Assembly (NCBI GenBank): GCA_964526505.1
Contig: CAZGJC010000002.1
Location: 316 to 64,315, forward strand
Direction: 5' to 3'
Source of the DNA: an uncultured Clostridium sp.
Lineage (GTDB): Bacteria > Bacillota > Clostridia > Oscillospirales > CAG-272
Length of the DNA: 64,000 bases
Shown here: in pieces, positions 57,474 to 64,000 of the stretch
Position numbering within the stretch: position 1 is the first letter of the stretch
Layout: the number at the start of each line of letters is the position of its first letter
Notes under the pieces: model-generated
Seen by the model: the letters and a program-made list of their open reading frames with translations, nothing else
Databases searched by the model: none
Told to the model about the DNA's origin: nothing
Program-made: the position numbers and the translations under genes

Positions 57474-57542
57474 ATCGGCGGTTTATATGCCGATGTGTAC
57501 AAATTATAATCACATAAAATATTGCATATAAAGGAGACCTGT

Positions 57543-59216
57543 ATGAAAACGGATATTCAAATTGCGAGAGAGGCAAAGATGCAACCTATAAAAGAAGTGG
57601 CTGCAAGCTTGGGAATTGGTGAGGACGATATTGAGCCGTATGGAAAATACAAGGCGAAAATCAGTAATGATTATATAAATCGAGTTGCACAAAATCAAAA
57701 CGGAAAGCTTATACTTGTTACGGCAATAAATCCTACGCCCGCCGGCGAAGGAAAAACGACCACGAGTATAGGTCTCGGAATGGCGATGTCCAAACTCGGT
57801 AAAAAAGCGGTAGTTGCATTAAGAGAGCCTTCTCTCGGGCCGGTATTCGGTGTAAAAGGAGGTGCTGCCGGCGGTGGATATTCGCAGGTACTTCCCATGG
57901 AAGATATAAATTTGCATTTTACGGGTGATTTTCACGCTATAACAGCCGCAAATAACCTTCTTTGTGCGATAATAGATAATCATATTCAACAAGGCAACAT
58001 TTTGGGAATTGACGAGCGTAGAATTCTTTTTGCACGTGTTACCGATACAAACGACAGAGCGTTACGTAATATAATTGTCGGTCTCGGTGGAAAAGTGAAC
58101 GGTGTGCCTCGTGAAGACCATTTCAATATAACGGTTGCGTCTGAGGTTATGGCTATTCTATGCCTTTCCGAGAATATTTCCGATTTAAAGGAAAGACTCG
58201 GAAATATATTAGTTGCGTATAAATACGACGGCTTGCCTGTTTACTGTCGTGATTTACATGCGAATGGTGCAATGGCTGTATTGCTTAAAGATGCATTGCA
58301 ACCAAATTTGGTGCAAACAATTGAAAACACCCCTGTAATCATTCACGGTGGACCATTTGCAAATATAGCGCACGGATGTAACAGTGTGCGTGCAACAAAA
58401 CTTGCACTTAAAATTTCGGATTATGCGATTACGGAAGCGGGATTCGGTGCCGACCTCGGTGCGGAAAAGTTTCTTGATATAAAATGCCGTATGTCGGGAA
58501 TTGTTCCGCGTGCGGTTGTAATTGTTGCAACTGTTAGAGCTCTTAAATATAACGGGGGCGTAAAAAAAGAAAATCTCAAAGATGAAAATGTATCCGCTTT
58601 GAAATCGGGTTTAGCAAATCTCGAAGCACATATTGACAATATGCATAAATTTGGTTTGCCTGTCGTTGTCGCAATAAATAAATTTGATACGGATACGGAC
58701 GCAGAGATTGAAATTATCAAAGACCTTTGTAAAGAGAAAGGCGTGGATCTGGCACTGTCGGAAGTGTTTGCAAAAGGAAGCGACGGCGGACTTGACCTTG
58801 CACGTGCGGTTATAGATGCGTGTGAGAAGCCTTCAAACTTCAAGTTTATGTATGGTGACGATATGTCAATAGAAGATAAGATAGAAGCGGTTGCAAAGAA
58901 TATATACGGTGCAAATTCGGTTGTGTATGAATCTGCGGCAAAAAAGCAGTTGTCGGAAATCATGAAACTTGATGAAAAATATTCACACTTCCCTATTTGT
59001 TTTGCAAAAACACAGTATTCTCTTTCCGATGATCCCACAAAACTCGGACGACCTTCAAACTTTAATATCACCGTGCGTGAAATTAAACTATCCGCCGGAG
59101 CGGAATTTATAGTTGTTCTGACCGGAGCGATAATGACAATGCCGGGATTGCCGAAAAATCCTGCGGCATATTCGATTGATATTGATGAATATGGAAATAT
59201 AGACGGGCTGTTTTAA
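57543..59216 (+). CDS. fhs: Formate--tetrahydrofolate ligase
   Basis: [16 protein letters not shown] and [19 protein letters not shown]. The start at 57543 follows AGGAGA. Confidence 0.97.
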   Translation: MKTDIQIAREAKMQPIKEVAASLGIGEDDIEPYGKYKAKISNDYINRVAQNQNGKLILVTAINPTPAGEGKTTTSIGLGMAMSKLGKKAVVALREPSLGPVFGVKGGAAGGGYSQVLPMEDINLHFTGDFHAITAANNLLCAIIDNHIQQGNILGIDERRILFARVTDTNDRALRNIIVGLGGKVNGVPREDHFNITVASEVMAILCLSENISDLKERLGNILVAYKYDGLPVYCRDLHANGAMAVLLKDALQPNLVQTIENTPVIIHGGPFANIAHGCNSVRATKLALKISDYAITEAGFGADLGAEKFLDIKCRMSGIVPRAVVIVATVRALKYNGGVKKENLKDENVSALKSGLANLEAHIDNMHKFGLPVVVAINKFDTDTDAEIEIIKDLCKEKGVDLALSEVFAKGSDGGLDLARAVIDACEKPSNFKFMYGDDMSIEDKIEAVAKNIYGANSVVYESAAKKQLSEIMKLDEKYSHFPICFAKTQYSLSDDPTKLGRPSNFNITVREIKLSAGAEFIVVLTGAIMTMPGLPKNPAAYSIDIDEYGNIDGLF

Positions 59217-59217
59217 T

Positions 59218-59676
59218 ATGAATTTTCCACTTGTAACTAATGTAAGCAAAGTTGAACAAACCGAGAAAATAGGTTATGATTTGGCATTGGAGATAAATTC
59301 CGATACATCATTGCCACGTTTTGTTGCTATGTACGGAGACTTGGGGGTTGGAAAAACCGCATTTGTCAGAGGTTTTACATTGGCACTTGCCCCGGATGTG
59401 ATTGTCAAATCCCCTACATTCGCTCTTGTTAACGAATATAAATGTAAAAAAAACATTGTAACGAAAAGAATTTGCCACTTTGATATGTATAGAATTACCG
59501 ATGAAGATGATCTGTATTCCATAGGATTTTACGATTATCTTTGCGATGATTCTCTGTGTATTGCGGAGTGGTGCGAATTGATTCCATATGCCTTACCGAA
59601 GGCGTATATAAAAGTCGAAATAGAAAAAACGGATTTTGAGGGTGGCAGAAAAATCACTATTTCGATTGTCAGATGA
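59218..59676 (+). CDS. tsaE: tRNA t6A biosynthesis ATPase TsaE
   Basis: P-loop YGDLGVGKTAFVRG, SPTFALV and HFDMYR. Confidence 0.92.
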   Translation: MNFPLVTNVSKVEQTEKIGYDLALEINSDTSLPRFVAMYGDLGVGKTAFVRGFTLALAPDVIVKSPTFALVNEYKCKKNIVTKRICHFDMYRITDEDDLYSIGFYDYLCDDSLCIAEWCELIPYALPKAYIKVEIEKTDFEGGRKITISIVR

Positions 59677-59692
59677 TTTTAGAGGTCAATAA

Positions 59693-60388
59693 ATGAAGAT
59701 TATAGCACTTGACAGCAGTGCGAAGGTATGCACCGTAGCACTTTGCGAGGATGAAAATATTTTGTGTGAAATTACGGTTAATAATGGTAATACACACAGT
59801 CAAACCCTGCTTCCGTGTGTAGCACAATTGCTTAAACTCTCGGACATAACAATAGACGATGTTGATATGATAGCATGCAGTGTGGGCCCCGGATCATTTA
59901 CCGGGGTGCGTATAGGGGTTGCAACCGTAAAAGGACTTGCATACGGGAAGAATAAAATATGCGTTGGCATATCTTCACTGGACGCACTTGCAAGAAATCT
60001 TGTAAATTACAACGGTATTATATGTAGCGTAATGGATGCAAGACGTGAACACGTCTACAATGCCCTTTACAAATGCAAAAACGGTAAGTTGGAATGTCTT
60101 TGCCACGATAGACTTATTTCAATAGAAGAACTTGACCGGGAACTTTCGCTATTTGAAGAAAAAATCTATCTTTCGGGTGATGGATATGATGTTTGTAAAA
60201 AATATTTTAAACTAACAGATGTTGAGTACGTTCCTTATAAAATGCGTATGCCGAGCGGATATTCTATCTCTCTGTGTGCTATCGAAAAATATAAATGCGG
60301 TGGTGCGTGTACGGATTTTGAATTGTCGCCGGTATATCTTCGCCCCTCACAGGCAGAACGTGAAAGACTTGAAAAACTTAAAGGATGA
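59693..60388 (+). CDS. tsaB: tRNA t6A biosynthesis protein TsaB
   Basis: MKIIALDSS and GPGSFTGVRIGVATVKGLA. Confidence 0.92.
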   Translation: MKIIALDSSAKVCTVALCEDENILCEITVNNGNTHSQTLLPCVAQLLKLSDITIDDVDMIACSVGPGSFTGVRIGVATVKGLAYGKNKICVGISSLDALARNLVNYNGIICSVMDARREHVYNALYKCKNGKLECLCHDRLISIEELDRELSLFEEKIYLSGDGYDVCKKYFKLTDVEYVPYKMRMPSGYSISLCAIEKYKCGGACTDFELSPVYLRPSQAERERLEKLKG

Positions 60389-60394
60389 TACAAA

Positions 60395-60856
60395 ATGAAT
60401 AACAGAAGAATAATCATAGGTTCCGACCATGCCGGTCTGTCGCTCAAATTAAAAGTCATCGAACATTTAAGAGAAAACGGTATTGAAATATGCGATGTCG
60501 GAACGTATACCACAGAGTCGTGTAACTACCCTGACTATGCGTCCGCCCTGTGCAAAAAAATACAAAATGGCGAGGCGGAGTTGGGAATACTTATTTGTGG
60601 CACGGGTATAGGAATGTCGATGGCCGCCAATAAGCATAAAGGAATACGTGCCGCTTGCTGTTCTGATACGTTTTCTGCACGAATGACAAGACTGCACAAC
60701 AACGCTAACGTTTTGTGCATAGGTGAGCGAGTTGTAGGTGTTGGACTTGCCTGCGATTTGATTGATATATTCTTGAACACGGAATATCTCGGTGGCAGAC
60801 ATGACATCAGAATAAAAATGCTTGAAGACATAGAAAATAAAAACCAAACGCATTAA
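60395..60856 (+). CDS. rpiB: Ribose-5-phosphate isomerase B
   Basis: IIIGSDHAG, ILICGTGIGMSMAANK and GGRHDIRI. Confidence 0.95.
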   Translation: MNNRRIIIGSDHAGLSLKLKVIEHLRENGIEICDVGTYTTESCNYPDYASALCKKIQNGEAELGILICGTGIGMSMAANKHKGIRAACCSDTFSARMTRLHNNANVLCIGERVVGVGLACDLIDIFLNTEYLGGRHDIRIKMLEDIENKNQTH

Positions 60857-60871
60857 GAAAGGAATAAAATT

Positions 60872-61642
60872 ATGCCGGAACGTACAGACAAACCACATAA
60901 GATAGCCGAAGCTTTACGTGCTGTCAGTGGAAATTTACAACACAGGAAATTTACATCGGCAATAATCCTTGCCGCAGGATCTTCTGCCCGTATGGGGCGT
61001 TGCAAAACTACGAAACAATTTTTAGAACTTGATGGTATCCCGATAGTGGCAAGAACAATTATTCAATTCGAAAATGCGGAATGCATAGATGAAATTGTTG
61101 TTGTGGCAAAAAAAGAAGAAGTTTCCAATTACGATGATTTTTGTAAAAAATATAAAATCACAAAACCTTTCCGTGTCGTGGTCGGAGGAGAAACACGGCA
61201 GCAATCGGCAATGAGAGGAGTAGAATGTGCATCGAAAGAATCCGGATATGTTTGTATTCATGATGCCGCACGTTGTCTTATTACACCGGAGGACATTGTA
61301 AAGGTGTGCAGAGGTGCATATTTGCACGGTGCCGCAACTCTGGCTACAAAAGCTGTTGATACGGTAAAAATAAGTGATAAAAATGCCTATATTGAATCAA
61401 CACCGCAACGTAAATCCACTTGGCTTGCACAAACACCGCAGGTGTTTAGAAGGAATGCCTATTACGTAGCCGCATATATTGCAAGAGAAGAAGAATATAA
61501 TGCTACGGATGATTGCTCGCTTGTGGAACATATGAAAAATCCCGTGAAACTGATAGAGGGATCTCGTGAAAATATAAAAATTACGGATCAGTTGGATTTG
61601 GTATTTGCAAAAGCAGTTCTTGACTTGCGAAAAACAAAATAA
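60872..61642 (+). CDS. ispD: 2-C-methyl-D-erythritol 4-phosphate cytidylyltransferase
   Basis: AIILAAGSSARMG, VVVGGETRQQS, IHDAARC and TDDCSLVE. It carries an N-terminal extension of about 25 aa. Confidence 0.93.
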   Translation: MPERTDKPHKIAEALRAVSGNLQHRKFTSAIILAAGSSARMGRCKTTKQFLELDGIPIVARTIIQFENAECIDEIVVVAKKEEVSNYDDFCKKYKITKPFRVVVGGETRQQSAMRGVECASKESGYVCIHDAARCLITPEDIVKVCRGAYLHGAATLATKAVDTVKISDKNAYIESTPQRKSTWLAQTPQVFRRNAYYVAAYIAREEEYNATDDCSLVEHMKNPVKLIEGSRENIKITDQLDLVFAKAVLDLRKTK

Positions 61643-61670
61643 TATAAAATTTATTTAAAGGGATTGAGAT

Positions 61671-62144
61671 ATGAGGATAGGTCACGGATACGATGTCCAT
61701 AGATTGGCAGAAAACAGAAAATGTATCATAGGTGGCGTTGATATACCCAATGGTAAGGGGTTGCTCGGTCATTCGGATGCAGACGTATTGACTCACGCAG
61801 TAATGGATTCTCTCCTCGGGGCGGCGGCACTCGGAGATATAGGAAAACTTTTCCCGGACAATGATGACTCGTTTAAGAATGCGGACAGTTTAAAACTTGC
61901 CGAGATTGTTGGCAATAAATTAACTCAGAACGGATATACCATTGTAAATATTGATGCCACCGTAGTAGCACAATCGCCAAAACTTTCACCGTACATAGAT
62001 TCAATGAGAGAAAATTTGGCGATTGCACTTCATACAGATGTAAACAATATCAGTGTGAAAGCAACCACCGAAGAACATCTCGGTTTTACCGGAGAAGAAC
62101 TCGGAATTTCCGCACACGCTGTATGTTTGATAGAAAAAATGTAA
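61671..62144 (+). CDS. ispF: 2-C-methyl-D-erythritol 2,4-cyclodiphosphate synthase
   Basis: [23 protein letters not shown] and [10 protein letters not shown]. Confidence 0.97.
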   Translation: MRIGHGYDVHRLAENRKCIIGGVDIPNGKGLLGHSDADVLTHAVMDSLLGAAALGDIGKLFPDNDDSFKNADSLKLAEIVGNKLTQNGYTIVNIDATVVAQSPKLSPYIDSMRENLAIALHTDVNNISVKATTEEHLGFTGEELGISAHAVCLIEKM

Positions 62145-62316
62145 GTGTTTTATATAATCATAAGACAATTCGGGTAAAGTGGCATTTGTTACGTCGCTTG
62201 ATTTGATTTTCCACCCGATATCTCATGTGTTTCTTACACACTACATTATATGACCAATTTTATTGTTTTTCTACAAATTACGATATTTGCAAATTCCATA
62301 ATGAAAGGCAATTTAT

Positions 62317-62988
62317 ATGATTTATATAGCCCCATCGCTTCTTTCGGCGGATTTTTTAACGTTGAATACAGAGATAAAACGAGTTCGTGATGCAGGTGCC
62401 AAATATCTTCATCTGGATGTTATGGACGGTGCTTTTGTGCCTAATATTACATTCGGTGCGGATTTAATATCTTGTATTCGTAAGTCTACGGATATGTTTT
62501 TTGACGTACATCTTATGATAAAACGTCCCGAAAGATATATAGACAGATTTGTAAAAGCGGGTGCGGACAGTATAACTGTTCACTACGAGGCTTGTGAAAA
62601 TCCCATGTCTGTTATAAATTTAATACATTCATATGAAATGAAAACGGGAATTGCCATATCCCCCAATACTCCGGTGGAATATCTCTACCCTCTTATAGAT
62701 TACGTAGACATGGCTTTGATTATGACCGTTGAACCAGGATTTGGCGGTCAGTCATTGATTCCCGAAACGCTTGACAAGGTTCGTGCATTGAAGAAGTATA
62801 TATCAGAACACGGAACAGATGTTGATATAGAGGTGGACGGAGGCATAAAAACGGATAATATAGGGCTTGCAACAAGTGCAGGTGCGAATATTATTGTCGC
62901 AGGGTCGGCTATTTTTAAGTCAAAAAAACCTCGCACGGTCATTCAATCAATGAAGGAATCCGCAGAAAATAATCCCTATAAAGGATAA
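62317..62988 (+). CDS. rpe: Ribulose-phosphate 3-epimerase
   Basis: IAPSLLSADF, LHLDVMDG, MTVEPGFGGQ and VDGGI. Confidence 0.96.
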   Translation: MIYIAPSLLSADFLTLNTEIKRVRDAGAKYLHLDVMDGAFVPNITFGADLISCIRKSTDMFFDVHLMIKRPERYIDRFVKAGADSITVHYEACENPMSVINLIHSYEMKTGIAISPNTPVEYLYPLIDYVDMALIMTVEPGFGGQSLIPETLDKVRALKKYISEHGTDVDIEVDGGIKTDNIGLATSAGANIIVAGSAIFKSKKPRTVIQSMKESAENNPYKG

Positions 62989-63012
62989 AAAAGGGCTTTA
63001 CAAGCAAAGCCC
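62987..63012 (-). terminator. Terminator after spoIIID (hairpin shared with the rpe 3' end)
   Basis: Stem gggcttt/aaagccc. A U6 run follows on the minus strand. Confidence 0.7.
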
Positions 63013-63031
63013 TACTGACATTTAATTATGT

Positions 63032-63301
63032 TCATATGATTTTTTTACGTTCATACAAATACTTTTTCTTTGTTGCTTCGCCTCCACGCAAATGCCGTTC
63101 TTCCTTGTTCTTTTCAAGGATACATTTTGCTTCAAGATAAAGTGAAGGATTTATGTTTTTTAGATTTTGAGTAATATCCTTATGTACGGTACTTTTGCTT
63201 ATTCCAAAATGCGTTGCAACACTTCTGACCGTTGTTTTGTTTTCAACGAGATATAATGCAAGTATTACACATCTTTCCTTGCAGGACGACAAATACATCA
63301 T
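63032..63301 (-). CDS. spoIIID: Sporulation transcriptional regulator SpoIIID
   Basis: KTTVRSVATHFGISKSTVHKDIT...INP and RHLRGGEATKKKY closely parallel B. subtilis SpoIIID. Confidence 0.93.
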   Translation of the reverse strand: MMYLSSCKERCVILALYLVENKTTVRSVATHFGISKSTVHKDITQNLKNINPSLYLEAKCILEKNKEERHLRGGEATKKKYLYERKKII

Positions 63302-63388
63302 TATGCGACAACCTCTGAGTATAATATTTATTCAGTTGATTATATGTTGTAAAACCATTAGATATTATAACATTTACGGGAGTTTTTA

Positions 63389-64000
63389 ATGTTTCCTGAC
63401 AATACGTTTATATATGATAAAGAGTTTACGGATATATTGGAAGGAATGACTTCAATATCCGCACTGATAAAAGCCATCGATTGTGGTAGTAACGATCGCA
63501 AAATCATACGTGTTTTATACGATAAATCAAAATCCGAAAAAAATCGTCGTGAGCTGTCGTTTCTTGAAATTATGGCACGAAAATTGTCTTTTGACCTTGA
63601 AGCAATGGACAGTGGTACACTTGACGCTATAACATCCGGAACCACACATGGTGGAATAGTTGCTATTTGCACTAAAAGACATCTTGAAAACTTATCATCA
63701 ATGAAAATTGAAACCGAAAGCAATCCGTTATACGTTTTGCTTGAAGGTATAGAAGACCCGTATAACTTTGGTTATTCGGTTCGTTCCTTGTATGCTCTCG
63801 GTGTTAATGGTATTATTCTTCCACCGAGAAATTGGTTGGAGTTTTCCGGAACGGTTGCACGATCCTCTGCCGGATGTTCCGAACTTGCCGATATGTACAT
63901 GTCTGAACCTATCTCCGCAGTGAATTTTTTCAAGAAAAAAGGTTTTCGTATTATCTGTGCAGGCATTCGTAATTCTGTCTCATTAACGGAGATAAATTTT
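63389..64000 (+). CDS. SpoU/TrmH-family RNA 2'-O-methyltransferase (RlmB-like), 3' end beyond the window
   Basis: Absent from the ORF track (no stop in the window). Manual translation from ATG 63389 gives MFPDNTFIYDKEF...HGGIVAICT...VLLEGIEDPYNFGYSVRSLYALGVNGIILP... Confidence 0.8.
   Translation, partial: MFPDNTFIYDKEFTDILEGMTSISALIKAIDCGSNDRKIIRVLYDKSKSEKNRRELSFLEIMARKLSFDLEAMDSGTLDAITSGTTHGGIVAICTKRHLENLSSMKIETESNPLYVLLEGIEDPYNFGYSVRSLYALGVNGIILPPRNWLEFSGTVARSSAGCSELADMYMSEPISAVNFFKKKGFRIICAGIRNSVSLTEINF

Noticed and set aside
58421-59071. 216-aa ORF antisense to fhs. Similar long antisense ORFs occur at 32468..33073, 30391..30918, 43410..43943, 10555..11079, 14206..14724, 8346..8771, 8814..9236 and 51625..52092.
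   Set aside because: Each lies wholly inside a confidently identified gene on the opposite strand. They have Ser/Thr/Pro/Ile-rich low-complexity composition, no RBS and no recognisable motifs. These are typical shadow ORFs.
62145-62316. 170-nt spacer between ispF and rpe as a possible ncRNA
   Set aside because: Only short (4-5 bp) stems are present, and there is no promoter/terminator pair or conserved motif I recognise. It is probably just the rpe promoter region.

Overview
This 64-kb window looks like a chromosomal segment of a low-GC, endospore-forming Firmicute, probably class Clostridia. The evidence for that is the presence of whiA, spoIIID, spoVFA/spoVFB, dnaE and comEC, plus AT-rich intergenic regions with sigma-A type TTGACA-17-TATAAT promoters. 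I call about 57 protein-coding genes on both strands. Many are translationally coupled, and nearly all are housekeeping: nadE, alaS, prfA, sua5/tsaC, coaE, coaW, murB, dnaE, pgm, htpG, ispE/ispD/ispF, PBP1A, gpmI, mrp, prs, hslO, fhs, tsaE/tsaB, rpiB and rpe. Two edge-truncated genes are missing from the ORF track and were found by manual translation: nadE at the left edge (minus strand) and a SpoU/TrmH methyltransferase at the right edge (plus strand). I saw no rRNA, tRNA, CRISPR array, integrase or transposase. The only clearly accessory stretch is about 47.6-49.4 kb. It holds a 32-bp perfect palindrome, a repeat-rich 440-bp non-coding region and an XRE repressor divergent from a rolling-circle (HUH, RepB/Rep_2-like) replication gene. 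That Rep gene is broken by a nonsense codon, a frameshift and a 3' truncation. The stretch also holds a small RHH-like protein and a free-standing promoter-hairpin-terminator unit that I read as a candidate ~70-nt sRNA. I interpret the block as the fossil of an integrated rolling-circle replicon. Other items worth a second look: a ~22-cysteine protein with a CCCCCPC run, an orphan HTH+TPR (RRNPP-like) regulator, a tiny membrane protein with two DxDGDG calcium-type loops, and three enzymes whose catalytic motifs look degenerate (NadE glutaminase Cys->Tyr, ComEC metallo-beta-lactamase domain, an SDR lacking its Gly motif, Ser and Tyr). I did not find a complete, convincing novel multi-gene system. 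All family assignments rest on motif recognition by eye and need HMM/BLAST confirmation.
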